Positions 33,924-44,442 of a stretch of DNA of 64,000 nt are shown here, one piece after another. Source of the stretch: Longimicrobiales bacterium (lineage in GTDB: Bacteria; Gemmatimonadota; Gemmatimonadetes; Longimicrobiales; Gaopeijiaceae); assembly GCA_965238005.1 (NCBI GenBank), contig OZ250165.1:224001-288000 (forward strand). Direction: 5' to 3'. Made by a program: the position numbers and the translations under genes. Numbering within the stretch: position 1 is the first letter of the stretch; every line of letters starts with the position of its first letter. The notes beneath the pieces are model-generated. The model saw only the letters and a program-made list of their open reading frames with translations, made no database searches and had not been told where the DNA came from.

Positions 33924-34940
33924 ATGAGCCGCCAGTTGTTTCAGTACCACACGGTGATGGGCTACCACTTCATCCCCGGAATCAGGGCACGCATTGACCA
34001 TGAAGGTGGCGGGTATCTGGTACGGGCCAACGGATCGGGCTTCCGGTGCGAGCACGAGTTCAGTGCCGCGAAGCCGCCGTCCGTCTTCCGGATCCTGCTG
34101 TTCGGCGACTCGTTCACAGCGGGCGACGGCGTCAGCAACAAGCACCGCTACGGCGACGTGCTCGAAAGAGCCCTGCCCGGCAGCCAGGTATTCAACTTTG
34201 GCCTTCCGGGCACGGGCACCGACCAGCAGTACCTGATCTATCGAGAGCTGGCGGCGGGGCTGGAGCACGACCTTGTCGTCGTCGGCGTCGTGGTCGAAAA
34301 CATTTGACGCGTCGTTGCCCGCTATCGCCCTTACGCCACACAGGATGGGAAGGAGATCTTCCTCGCGAAACCGTACTTTACCCGGTCGCGGGGGGGCGAG
34401 CTTCTGCTCCACCATGTTCCTGTGCCGAAGGAGTTCGTTGCCCCGGAGAAGGTGGATTCAAAGGAGAGGGCTCACTTCGACCGCGGTGGTCGGTTTGCTT
34501 CATTGCGCCGGATGGTGAACCGTCTCGGACCACGGTTCAAGGCCTCTGCGCAGCGCGTCACCCGGTACCAGCCGCTCCCCGGCTACAACAGTCCGGCGGA
34601 CCCAGCTTGGAAGCTCATGAAGGCGATCCTCGCCACGTGGGCGAGCGAGAGCCGGGCACCGCTGATGATCGTCCCGATTCCGATCTACATGTACGTGGAG
34701 GAGACCGCCTCCCCGAAAGCCTACCAGGCACGCTTCCGGGAGCTGGAAGCCCTTTCGGGGGTCACGGTTCACGATCCTCTCCCCGCCTTCCACGCACTGC
34801 CGCCCGATCAGCGACGGTCTCTGCGATTTCCGCAGGACGTGCATCCCACGCCCGAGTTTCACCGAATCCTCGCGGAGTCACTAGCAACTCGCATCACAAC
34901 GTTCAAGGAACTCGAGCAGGCCAACGAAGCATGCCGGTAA
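33924..34940 (+). pseudogene. SGNH/GDSL-family protein with in-frame TGA at 34305-34307
   Basis: GDSFT, NFGLPGTG, VENI*RV and DVHPT all lie in one frame. Confidence 0.8.
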
Positions 34941-36769
34941 TCGTCCTCGGGATTTCCGCCTTCTACCACGACTCGGCGGCGGCCATCGTCCGGGACGGGG
35001 AGATCGTCGCTGCGGCCCAGGAGGAGCGCTTCTCGCGGAAGAAACACGATCCGCGGTTTCCCCGCAACGCGATCAACTACTGCCTCGAGGAGGCATTCAT
35101 CGAGCCCGACGAGTTGGACGCGGTGGTTTTCTACGACAACCCCGTGTTGAGCTTCGATCGGATCATCAAGTCTCTGCTCACGATGGCCCCGGGCAGCGAG
35201 AACCAGTGGCTTAGAGCGGCGCGCTCGTTCCTCGGCGTCAAGCCCTTCGTGACGGGCTACGTCCGGAGGATGCTCAAGGTCGAAGTTCCGGTGATGTTCA
35301 CGCGCCACCACCTGGCCCACGCCGCATCCGCGTTCTACCCGTCCCCTTTCGAGCGGGCCGCCATCCTAACGATCGACGGTGTCGGTGAGTGGGCCACCAC
35401 CAGCGTCGCCTGGGGCGAGGGTACAGAAATCACGACGCTGGACGAAATCCATTACCCGCACTCACTCGGCCTGCTCTATAGCGCGTTCACGTATTATTGC
35501 GGCTTCAAGGTGAACTCCGGTGAGTACAAGCTGATGGGCCTGGCGCCGTACGGCGAGCCCCGCTATGTGGATCGGATCCGGGACAAGCTGATCTTCTCGA
35601 AGCCCGACGGATCGTTCCGTCTGGACACCGGCTACTTCGGCTACCTGGAGTCCGCCCTGATGACTAACGAGCACTTTCACGAACTCATGGGGGGGCCACC
35701 GCGAAAACCGGAGTCCCGGATCACCCGGCGAGAAATGGACATCGCGGCGTCCATCCAGAAGGTCACCGAGGAGATCGTCGTGGGCCTAGCCCGGCACACC
35801 CGAGAGACCACCGGCATGAAGAACCTAGCCCTCGCCGGCGGTGTGGCCCTCAACTGCGTGGCCAATAGTGTGCTGTTGCGCGAGGGGATCTTTGATCGAA
35901 TCTGGATTCAGCCCGCAGCCGGCGACGCCGGCGGCGCCCTCGGGGCGGCGCTCCTGGGTTCGCACCGGCGGTTCGGCGTGCCACGGAAGATCCTGGCCTC
36001 CGGCCAGGACGCGCAAATGGGAAGTTACCTCGGCCCCAGTTACACCCCGGCGGAGGTGCAAGCCTTCCTCGATCGACATGACTACCCGTACGAGGTCGTG
36101 GAGGACACCAAGGAGCGCGCTGAGAGGATTGCCGGGCTGCTCGCCCACGGGAAGGCGGTCGGTCACCACTCTGGGCGTATGGAGTTCGGACCGCGCGCAC
36201 TCGGTGCACGCTCGATCCTGGGCGATCCGCGGCGCGCGGACACTCAGTTGCTAATGAATATCAAGATCAAGTACCGCGAGTCGTTCCGCCCCTTCGCCCC
36301 CTCGGTGCTTGCGGAGCGCTCGAGCGACTACTTCGAGATGGAGGGTGAAAGTCCCTACATGTTGCTCGTGGCGCCGGTCTGCGAGAAGCGACGAATCGCC
36401 ATGGACCGCTCGGCATTTGACGCGGGCGACGACGATCTTCTCGCCGTCGTGCGCCTGGAGCGGAGCGACATCCCGGCGGTAACCCATTTCGACTACAGCG
36501 CCCGAATCCAGACCGTGAGCCGCAAGGACCACCCGGTCTACTATGCGGTGATCGAGGCATTCGAACGCATGACCGGTTGTCCCGTAGTGGTGAACACCTC
36601 CTTCAACGTTCGCGGGGAGCCCATCGTCTGCTCCCCACAGGACGCTTACCGCTGTTTCATGCGGACCGCGATGGACGCCCTTGTTCTGGAGGACTTTCTC
36701 CTTCTCAAGAGCCAGCAGCCGAAGTTCGAGGACGACGAGTCCTGGAAGGACCGATATGAGCTCGATTGA
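34931..36769 (+). CDS. Carbamoyltransferase (NodU/CmcH family)
   Basis: LGISAFYHDSAAA, QEERFSR, HHLAHAASAF, DGVGE, GGVALNC, EFGPRALG, NTSFNVRGEP. Confidence 0.95.
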   Translation: MPVIVLGISAFYHDSAAAIVRDGEIVAAAQEERFSRKKHDPRFPRNAINYCLEEAFIEPDELDAVVFYDNPVLSFDRIIKSLLTMAPGSENQWLRAARSFLGVKPFVTGYVRRMLKVEVPVMFTRHHLAHAASAFYPSPFERAAILTIDGVGEWATTSVAWGEGTEITTLDEIHYPHSLGLLYSAFTYYCGFKVNSGEYKLMGLAPYGEPRYVDRIRDKLIFSKPDGSFRLDTGYFGYLESALMTNEHFHELMGGPPRKPESRITRREMDIAASIQKVTEEIVVGLARHTRETTGMKNLALAGGVALNCVANSVLLREGIFDRIWIQPAAGDAGGALGAALLGSHRRFGVPRKILASGQDAQMGSYLGPSYTPAEVQAFLDRHDYPYEVVEDTKERAERIAGLLAHGKAVGHHSGRMEFGPRALGARSILGDPRRADTQLLMNIKIKYRESFRPFAPSVLAERSSDYFEMEGESPYMLLVAPVCEKRRIAMDRSAFDAGDDDLLAVVRLERSDIPAVTHFDYSARIQTVSRKDHPVYYAVIEAFERMTGCPVVVNTSFNVRGEPIVCSPQDAYRCFMRTAMDALVLEDFLLLKSQQPKFEDDESWKDRYELD

Positions 36770-37100
36770 CCGTTGCCTTCCCGAAAAACGCCTGCGGCAG
36801 TTCTACAAGGAGCGCCTGACGGTCGCCGCCGAGAAGCTGCGAGAACGGAAGGTGAGGCTCATGCCTCTCGGACCCGAGCCGAACAGCGGCACGTGGTACG
36901 TCGCCCTCTCGCCGGACGAACCGGAGTTCATCGAGTTCGAAGGGGAACAATGGGGGTCGACCCTGCGCGCGCTGTGGGAAGCTCAAGGCTTACCCGAGCT
37001 CACCGAGTTGGCCGAACCCCTCGCCGAGCTTGCTCGCGAAATGGAACTCGGCGAAGACGAGTCGAGCGATGTCTCCCCGTTTATCTATGTCATGTACTGA
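36756..37100 (+). CDS. 114-aa soluble protein ending SPFIYVMY
   Basis: Overlaps the carbamoyltransferase stop; acidic linker then aromatic C-terminal hexapeptide. Confidence 0.75.
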   Translation: MSSIDRCLPEKRLRQFYKERLTVAAEKLRERKVRLMPLGPEPNSGTWYVALSPDEPEFIEFEGEQWGSTLRALWEAQGLPELTELAEPLAELAREMELGEDESSDVSPFIYVMY

Positions 37101-37112
37101 AAGACCGGCCTC

Positions 37113-38282
37113 ATGACGGCCGACGTTGCCGAAGAGAGGGACTGGGTCGGCTCCCTCCACGGGCCCTTTCGGGAAGCGTTCTGCGACTCGATTCGAGCGC
37201 TTTCTCTGGCCCGCCTCCAGAAATACCCGACTCCTAAGAACGCGGGTCTTCCGTTCGGCCAAGAGGCTCGCGTCCTCCAACGCTTTCTGTCCGGACGGAG
37301 CTCGCTGCTCGATCCCTCGGGTCTGTCCCGCGCCTACCTTTCCCTCGCATCGAGCCGGGACCGGCTTCTCTACCGAGCGTTCATCCTGGGGCAGGCTCTG
37401 CCCCGGGCCTGGTGGCTGGACGCGATCGGCTCGGACGCGGTTGCTGGCTGGCTGGATCGCTCCCTCCTGTTGACGACGCCGGAGGGGAACCTGTGCTGCC
37501 GCTTCCGGGTCATCGCGGTGGGAGACGTGACCGTGGTGGCCGATCACGAGAACCCCTCGCTTCCGAACCGCGTTCACATCGGCCAGGACTCTCTCAACTT
37601 GCTCGAGTTTCTTCTTCGCGAGGCGCCGACCGAGGCCGGGCGATTCCTGGACGTAGGCACCGGCTCCGGCCTCATCCTCCTTGCCATGGCCCGAGGCCGC
37701 GACGAAGCTCTGGGGATCGACATCAACCCCCGGGCCGTGACTCTCGCGCGGGTCAACGCCGCGCTCAACCGGAGCCGCGGGTGTAGGGTGGAAGAGAAAA
37801 ACGCCCTCGGGCTCGGATCCTCGGAAGGAGCCTTCGACCTCGTGACCTGGAATGCGCCCTTCATGTTCTTGCCGGAAGGCGAGAGGGACCGGCACGTCGA
37901 CGGGTACGGAGGCCACCTGGGCATCGCGTTGACCCTGGATTTCGTCGAGCGTCTTCCCAACCTTCTCGGCGCGAACGGTGTCGCCTACATCCTTACCTCC
38001 GCGCCCGTTCTCCAGACGGGCGAGAACAAACTGGAAACGGAAATCGCCGCACGTGCGGAGCGGCTCAACCTAGACGTCGTCGCTCACGTGTTGCAGGCGT
38101 TCTGGAACCCGGCCCTTCGAGAGTTTCACCGGCGTCACGCGATTCGCCACTTCGAGAGCGTGATCTTGAAGATTTCTTTGGGAGGAGGCCGCGTGCGACG
38201 TATCGCCCCACCCATGAGCAGGAGGGCCGTCGACGCCGCACGCTCGTGGCTTTATGGCGCTCTCGGGAGCGCAAAGCCGTGA
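37113..38282 (+). CDS. Class I SAM methyltransferase (HemK-like motif)
   Basis: LDVGTGSG, DINPRA, WNAPF. Confidence 0.85.
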   Translation: MTADVAEERDWVGSLHGPFREAFCDSIRALSLARLQKYPTPKNAGLPFGQEARVLQRFLSGRSSLLDPSGLSRAYLSLASSRDRLLYRAFILGQALPRAWWLDAIGSDAVAGWLDRSLLLTTPEGNLCCRFRVIAVGDVTVVADHENPSLPNRVHIGQDSLNLLEFLLREAPTEAGRFLDVGTGSGLILLAMARGRDEALGIDINPRAVTLARVNAALNRSRGCRVEEKNALGLGSSEGAFDLVTWNAPFMFLPEGERDRHVDGYGGHLGIALTLDFVERLPNLLGANGVAYILTSAPVLQTGENKLETEIAARAERLNLDVVAHVLQAFWNPALREFHRRHAIRHFESVILKISLGGGRVRRIAPPMSRRAVDAARSWLYGALGSAKP

Positions 38283-39172
38283 GGCGAGTCTTCCGCTCCC
38301 TTTTCGTGGAGTTCGGAGTTCGGTCCGGTGGTGCTCGGTGGTTCCTCCATTCCATGAAGAGCAGGACGAGACGGGAGCCGCGCCCTCTCGTGCGCGTTGT
38401 GAACCTACACGGCACGCCGGCCCGGGACCGGGAGCGCTTTCGCAGACAGGTCGAATGGGTCTGCAGGCACTTCACGCCCGTCAATGCGCAGGCCCTCAGC
38501 TCTCTCTGGGAGACCGGCACCGAGCCGGTCCCGAAGGGAGAAAAGCCGTGGGTGCTCTTCACATTCGATGATGGCCTGGCCAGTAACTACCATATCGCGG
38601 CGCCGGTCTTGGAGTCGATGAACGCCACGGGCCTTTTCTTCGTGGTTCCTGGCTTCTCCCAGTGCAAAGACGATGAGGCAAGGTCTTTTTACTACCATCG
38701 ACTGATGGGCGTATCTGGGTCCTCCCTCGTTGACAGCGCTCCGGAGGAATGGACTCCCATGTCCCCGGAGCAGATCGCCGAGCTTGCCTCGCGGGGGCAC
38801 GATATCGGCAACCACACGTTCTCTCATTCAAGGCTCAACAGGGTGCCGGTATCCGAGCTTCATAAGGAGATCGTGGAGAGCGCGCGGGTCATTCGCCAGT
38901 GGACGAGCAAAGACGTCGACACCTTCACCTGGACCTTCTCCTGGGAGTCGATCAACGCGGAAGCCTGGAAGGTCGCAGGGGACCATCATTCCCTCGTCTT
39001 CGCTCCTTGTCCTGGAACGTTGGACCCCGCTCTGGACTCACCCAAGCTGATCTGGCGCTCCAACGTGGAGGCATGGTACGGCCGCTCCGAGTACCGGTTC
39101 ATGTACTCGGGCCTCGCGGATCCGTTCTGGCGCTCCCGCAGAAACCGACTGCAAGACATGCTCGGAACGTGA
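38279..39172 (+). CDS. Polysaccharide deacetylase (CE4)
   Basis: TFDDG, IGNHTFSH. Confidence 0.85.
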   Translation: MRRVFRSLFVEFGVRSGGARWFLHSMKSRTRREPRPLVRVVNLHGTPARDRERFRRQVEWVCRHFTPVNAQALSSLWETGTEPVPKGEKPWVLFTFDDGLASNYHIAAPVLESMNATGLFFVVPGFSQCKDDEARSFYYHRLMGVSGSSLVDSAPEEWTPMSPEQIAELASRGHDIGNHTFSHSRLNRVPVSELHKEIVESARVIRQWTSKDVDTFTWTFSWESINAEAWKVAGDHHSLVFAPCPGTLDPALDSPKLIWRSNVEAWYGRSEYRFMYSGLADPFWRSRRNRLQDMLGT

Positions 39173-39696
39173 GTGCGTCGGGCTTTGCCTTCGCCCTGAG
39201 AGTCCGTAGTCGTCCGCCTCGCCAACCCCCACACGCCCACTGCGGCAAGAAACGGCAGATTCGGAAAGAGAAGCGGAGCGTTGTTTATGATGCGTTAATT
39301 CCCCTCGGGAACTGCTTTGGCATGCTTGACAAACCCAAAGAGCCGGCCTAAACAACACGGGACAAAGACTTCAGTGAGTTCGGCATGCTGGGGAGCGCGG
39401 CTCGGCTCAAACTGGAGGACCGGGAGTCATATCGTTCACTCGACCGAAGAGGCGACCTGGTGGTCCAGCCGCCGCGTGCGGTGAAAGCGCTGCGTCGCGA
39501 TGCCATCCTGATCACCACGTTCCGTCACGTCCAGGACATCCGCCTCCGCCTGGACCACACATTTCCTCCCCGCGTCCCGTTGGTCGAACTATGAACGCGC
39601 ATCAAGAGAGAAGGGTGTGGGCGGCCCTATTCCTCGCCTCCACGGAGCCAACGATGGCCCCGACCTCGGAATCCTCCATGGTGCTGGGGGCCTAGG

Positions 39697-40530
39697 ATGA
39701 GATCGGGAGCGGCGTGGAAGCCAGAGGGGGCCCACCCCTCCGTCAACGATGTGCAGCGGTGGTGGGACCAGGCAGCCTGCGGGACGCAGTTCACCGAAGC
39801 GGAGAAGTTCTCGGAAGACTATTTTGAACAAATCGAAAAAGCGCGCTACGGACTCGAGCCCATGATCCTCGACTTCGCCGACTTCCCGGGCGCTCGAGAC
39901 AGGGACGTATTGGAGGTTGGCGTCGGGGCCGGAACCGACTTCGTGAACTGGGTGCGCCACGGAGCTAGAGCTCACGGGGTCGACCTCACACTCGAGGCCA
40001 TCGAGCATACTCGGCGGAGACTCCAGATGGAGCGGCTGGAGCCCGCCGCACTAGAGCAAGCTAATGCGGAGGCGCTGGATTTCGCCGATGCGAGCTTCGA
40101 TCTGGTGTACTCCTGGGGGGTGATCCATCACTCGCCGTCGTCGCAGCGCTCCCTCGCCGAGATCGTTCGGGTCACACGCCCCGGGGGGACGATCAAGCTG
40201 ATGGTGTACCACCGCCACTCCGTCGCCGCTTTCATGGTCTGGCTTCGTCGGTGCGCCCTGCGCGGCCGCCCGGACCGTTCTCTCTCCTACGCGATGGCCC
40301 ATTTCGTCGAAAGCCCGGGGACCCGGGCCTTCACTCAACAGGAAGTTAAGGACCTCCTGGCGCGCCTTCCCGTCAACGACGTGCGCGTTCGGACCGTCCT
40401 GACGTGGTGCGACGTGGCTACGAAGAGTCGCTCACGACTGTATAGGGGGTTCTGCCGCTCCCTGGCAGCACTCGGGGGCGGAGACCGTGTCGGCTGGTTC
40501 ATGCTGATCGAGGCGACGAAGAGCGTATGA
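39697..40530 (+). CDS. Class I SAM methyltransferase
   Basis: LEVGVGAGTD, FDLVYSWGVIHHS. Confidence 0.88.
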   Translation: MRSGAAWKPEGAHPSVNDVQRWWDQAACGTQFTEAEKFSEDYFEQIEKARYGLEPMILDFADFPGARDRDVLEVGVGAGTDFVNWVRHGARAHGVDLTLEAIEHTRRRLQMERLEPAALEQANAEALDFADASFDLVYSWGVIHHSPSSQRSLAEIVRVTRPGGTIKLMVYHRHSVAAFMVWLRRCALRGRPDRSLSYAMAHFVESPGTRAFTQQEVKDLLARLPVNDVRVRTVLTWCDVATKSRSRLYRGFCRSLAALGGGDRVGWFMLIEATKSV

Positions 40531-40537
40531 CCAACTG

Positions 40538-40723
40538 ATGTGTGGCATCGCCGGAGTATACCACACCGAAGTTGCGAAGGGCGTCGATCCTGTTCTACTC
40601 GACGCGATGGGATCCGCTCAGGCTCATTGTGGCGCCGATGACGTCGGCGCACACCTGAGCCCCGACCGTCGTGTCGAACTCTCGTTACTCACATCAACCG
40701 CTCTCTGGAGTGGTGTCCCGTGA
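40538..40723 (+). pseudogene. Asparagine synthase (AsnB-like) N-terminal remnant
   Basis: MCGIAG...AQAHCGADD (HRGPD decayed); truncated at 61 aa. Confidence 0.75.
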
Positions 40724-40829
40724 TCGCTCTCACGGCACGGCGGTCGCACTTCCAGTCCTCAGGCGCCCCCCAGAGATCAGCCAAGAAAAGCTTCATTCCC
40801 CACTCAATCTTGACACGGCCGGAGAGTTA

Positions 40830-41792
40830 ATGATTCCCCCACATTACTTTCAGGTGATTTGTTGTCTCAACTGTAAGTCGAATTTCGACGACGATCGGAA
40901 CCTCGTCGATGCGTTGGCGTGTCCTGGATGCGAATCGGAATATCCCGTCATAGAAGGCGTGCCGGTGCTCCTCCCGAAATCGAGTGATGAAGTAAGTCGA
41001 GTAATCAAGGAATTTTACGACACGGCGTGGGAGAGAGACGAAGCCGGCGTCCTGAAAGCAAAGGTCAGGCACGAAGATCTATCCCCTTACGGCCAACGCT
41101 ACATCAAGAGGAATGAAGCCCGGTTCGCCACGGTGTTCGACCGAGAACAAGACTGCAACTGCGGGTTTTTTCTCGACGTGGGATCCGGGGCCCAACCGAG
41201 GGTACGGCTTGGGAAACACTACGAGTACCATATCTGCGTGGATTTCTCATTGGATGGGCTGATGGAGAGCAGAAAACTGCTCGGCGACAGAGCGATTTGC
41301 GTTTGCGCGTCGATCCTGAATCTTCCGATAAAGGCATCAACATGTGACGGGCTGCTCGCGTCTCACGTCCTTTACCATATCGACAAAGACCTTCAGGCGC
41401 GTGCAGTCCATCAATTGTCCCGGGTCGCTCGCCGCAACGCCAAACTGCTCATCTTTTATGCCAACCCGAATTCATTCGAGCAGATGCTCATGAGGGGATT
41501 AAGAAGAGTAAGACGAAAGAACGCGTCGGAAACGAGAGACAGAAGCAGCTTTTACTACTATGCCCATTCCATAGACTACATGTTGGATGCGCTGTCGAAC
41601 GACTTCGGAAAGGAGAATGTCGAGATTAGATCGCTGCGGGTCTTCTCAAAACCGCTGACAGAACCCGTCCACAATAGGGGGGGATTGCCAAGCTACGTGG
41701 CGATCAACGCCATCGACAGCCTGTTTCGCGTCATGCCGAGAATGGCCACCTATGTGTCCTACCTTGCGAGGAATCGACGCAGGGAGGAATAG
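40830..41792 (+). CDS. Trm112-like Zn-ribbon plus SAM methyltransferase
   Basis: CLNC...CPGC..YPVIEGVPVLL, LDVGSG, HVLYHI; lower GC than neighbours. Confidence 0.8.
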   Translation: MIPPHYFQVICCLNCKSNFDDDRNLVDALACPGCESEYPVIEGVPVLLPKSSDEVSRVIKEFYDTAWERDEAGVLKAKVRHEDLSPYGQRYIKRNEARFATVFDREQDCNCGFFLDVGSGAQPRVRLGKHYEYHICVDFSLDGLMESRKLLGDRAICVCASILNLPIKASTCDGLLASHVLYHIDKDLQARAVHQLSRVARRNAKLLIFYANPNSFEQMLMRGLRRVRRKNASETRDRSSFYYYAHSIDYMLDALSNDFGKENVEIRSLRVFSKPLTEPVHNRGGLPSYVAINAIDSLFRVMPRMATYVSYLARNRRREE

Positions 41793-41917
41793 GCATCAGG
41801 GGGCTGTCCGTGAAATCAGGCTTGTGGCAAGACCGGGAGCCACGATCGTAGTCAGTGTCCCATCGCCTGAAGGTCTCTTCGGCGCGAGAATTAAGCGGAT
41901 CTGTCATGGAGGCCTAG

Positions 41918-43519
41918 GAGTCTGCGCCGCAGAACCCTGCGGCGGCTATCTTTGGTGGTAGCGAAGGCATTGGGAAGGCTTGCGGATCACCGAGGGGGGT
42001 GAATGGGAACGACATTTCGACCGTACGATCCGGAGCAGATGTTGTTGCTGCCTCCGGATCTTCGGGAGTGGGTGTCGGAGGGTCATTTGGCGCACCATGT
42101 GAGCGACCTGGTGGACGCGGTGGAGCTGAGCGCGTTCTACGGGCGGTACCGGGGGGACGGGCGGCGCAACTCGCCGTACGACCCTCGGATGATGGTCAAG
42201 GTGCTGATCTACGCGTATGCGACGGGCACCTTCTCGTCGCGGAAGATGGCGAGGAAGCTGGAGGAGGATGTCGCGTTTCGGATGCTGGCGGCGGAGAACT
42301 TCCCGAAGCACCGGACGCTGTGCGAGTTCCGCAAGCGCCATCTCGGGGATTTCCGGGCGGTGTTTGTGGAGGTGGTGATGCTCGCGCGGGCCTTGGGGCT
42401 GGCGGGGCTTGGCAGGGTGTCGGTGGACGGGACGAAGGTTCGGGCGAACGCGAACAAGCGCAAGGCGATGAGCTACGGCCGGATGGTGACCGGGGAGCCT
42501 CGGCTGGAGGCGGAGATCCGGGGGCTGTTGGAGAGGGCCGAGGCGGTGGACGAAGCGGAAGACGAGCGCTACGGCGAGGAAGCATGCGGAGACGAGGTGC
42601 CGGAGGAGCTCAAGCGGCGCGAGGACCGGCTGGCGGCGATCCGGGAGGCGAAGGCGCGCCTGGAAGCCGAGCAGAGAGCGGCGGACGACGCACGGGGCCG
42701 CAAGCCGGGGCAGACGCGCAACCCGAAGGGCGGCAGGCCCTACAAGCGGGAGTACGGAGAGCCGGACGAGGCGGCGCAGAGCAACTTCACGGACCCTGAG
42801 AGCCGGATCATGAAGACGAGTTCGGAGGGGTTCCAGCAGTGCTACAACGCACAGACGGTCGTGGAGGGGGAGAACCAGCTGGTGGTCGGGGCCGAGGTGA
42901 CGGACAACGCGAGCGACCAGGGCCAGCTGGTGCCCATGGTCGACGCGGTGGCGCAAGCGTACGGCGAGACGCCGGCGCAGGTGCTGGCGGACACGGGCTA
43001 TTGCAACGAGCGGGATCTCGAGGAACTGGAAGAGCGAGACATCGACGGGTATGTGGCGCTGGCCCGGGAGGGCAAGGCCGCCCCCACGGTTGACAAGGAG
43101 GAATATCCGGCGAAAGTCCGCATGGCGGAGAAGCTGGCGAGCGAAGATGGCCGCAGACGCTACGCACGGCGAAAGTCGCAGGCCGAGGCGCCCATCGGCT
43201 GGATCAAGGAAGTGATGGGCTTTCGACGATTCAGCTTCCGGGGCCTCGAGAAGGTCCGGGCCGAGTGGACCCTCGTGTGCCTGGCACTCAATGTGAAGCG
43301 GCTGCACACCCTTCAGGCGGCATGACTGCACGAGGGTTCACCCGCATCTGCCGGCGCGAGGGCTCTCGTAGCTCTCTTGCCCCCCCCAACGCATCCATTC
43401 CGCTCTCCCGATCCGTCGCAGACACAAGTCCTCAACCTCCCAATCACCCGGATCCGCCTCGCCGCGGACGGCTCGATGACCATTCGGCTCAGTCAGCTGT
43501 GCTTCTGCGGCGCAGACTC
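41918..43519 (+). mobile_element. IS1182-family insertion sequence with CTAG target duplication
   Basis: 17-bp terminal IR GAGTCTGCGCCGCAGAA / TTCTGCGGCGCAGACTC flanked by CTAG on both sides. Confidence 0.9.
42003..43325 (+). CDS. IS1182-family transposase
   Basis: YDPRMMVKVLIYAY, SSRK, DGTKVRANA, TDPESRIM, YNAQ, ADTGY. Confidence 0.92.
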   Translation: MGTTFRPYDPEQMLLLPPDLREWVSEGHLAHHVSDLVDAVELSAFYGRYRGDGRRNSPYDPRMMVKVLIYAYATGTFSSRKMARKLEEDVAFRMLAAENFPKHRTLCEFRKRHLGDFRAVFVEVVMLARALGLAGLGRVSVDGTKVRANANKRKAMSYGRMVTGEPRLEAEIRGLLERAEAVDEAEDERYGEEACGDEVPEELKRREDRLAAIREAKARLEAEQRAADDARGRKPGQTRNPKGGRPYKREYGEPDEAAQSNFTDPESRIMKTSSEGFQQCYNAQTVVEGENQLVVGAEVTDNASDQGQLVPMVDAVAQAYGETPAQVLADTGYCNERDLEELEERDIDGYVALAREGKAAPTVDKEEYPAKVRMAEKLASEDGRRRYARRKSQAEAPIGWIKEVMGFRRFSFRGLEKVRAEWTLVCLALNVKRLHTLQAA

Positions 43520-43869
43520 CTAGATGACAGCGGTCCCGAGAAGCATCAGCGAGACGGGTACACACGATCAGGATTGCGAGCACTACTCACGGACAGCGGC
43601 ATAGAGGTTAATGAACATCGCCATACGCTCGTGTTCTTCGCAGAGTTGTTGATGGGAGTCACAAAACTGGCTTACTCCATCAGTTCTGGGAAGCGAGAAT
43701 TGGAGAGCCAGGCGGAGGTCCTACAGGTTAAGGACTCAGCCCTCTGGACCATTTGGCGCATGCTCTTCCCCGTATTCACGCTCATGGCACGCACTGAGGA
43801 CGTCCTGCTCGCCCCTTGGGCAAGGGGTCACCTGCTTCCCGAGCTTCCACCCACCACGTACGTAAAACA

Positions 43870-44333
43870 TAGTGGCCGAACGGAACCACTTCATCTTCGG
43901 CGGTCGGGAGTCGGCCACGCTGAGGAAGCGTCCCGAGTACCTCGAAGGCGCTAGCCGTCATCATCTGCGCATTGAGTGTTAGAGGTGGGCCGTCCCCGGT
44001 CAGCGGAAATTGTTCTAGCACCGTCGAGTAGCCGCCGAATCCGTCAAAGGTCCGGTTGTTGTTCACGAAGTGCCGATACCCTGCCTCGGAGAACGGAATT
44101 ACATCACCGGTCCGACCTTCGACCGGGAGCGTCCCAGCGGCCACGGTTACGACACGGTCCGCATCGGGATACGGAAGGGGGCGCAACAGAACTCCCTCCA
44201 CGACCGAGAAGATCGCCGTGTTGGCGCCGATCGCTACGGCCAGGGTCAGGACGGTTACGGCCGTGAAACCGCGGTCCTTCAGGAGCGTGCGGAGAGCCAG
44301 GCGCACGTCTTGCAGGGTGGATCCCAGCATCAT
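43870..44333 (-). pseudogene. ABC permease (ADOP/MacB-like) N-terminal fragment
   Basis: QDVRLALRTL..RGFT...LAVAIGANTAIFSVVEGVLLRPLPYPD; truncated. Confidence 0.85.
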
Positions 44334-44442
44334 GACAATCTCCGGCTAGCGATCAGCGGACGACCCCACCCCCCACCTGCCGCCTCGGGGGAGAGCTGGC
44401 AGGTTACTTCCTGCTGTCGATTCTATCGCTGGCTCCGAACTA

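Larger units (their letters stand above)
41795..43850 (+). pseudogene. Methyltransferase C-terminal remnant split by the IS
   Basis: Removing the IS restores EIRLVARPGATIVVSVP...ICHGGLDDSGPEKHQRDGYTRSGL. Confidence 0.6.

Noticed and set aside
34046..34930. 907-aa carbamoyltransferase with a long N-terminal extension
   Set aside because: The extension is an alternative frame over the SGNH gene; homology begins at ATG 34931.
33924..37100. Saxitoxin cluster (sxtI/K/L-like trio)
   Set aside because: No sxtA or other core genes; the context is polysaccharide modification.
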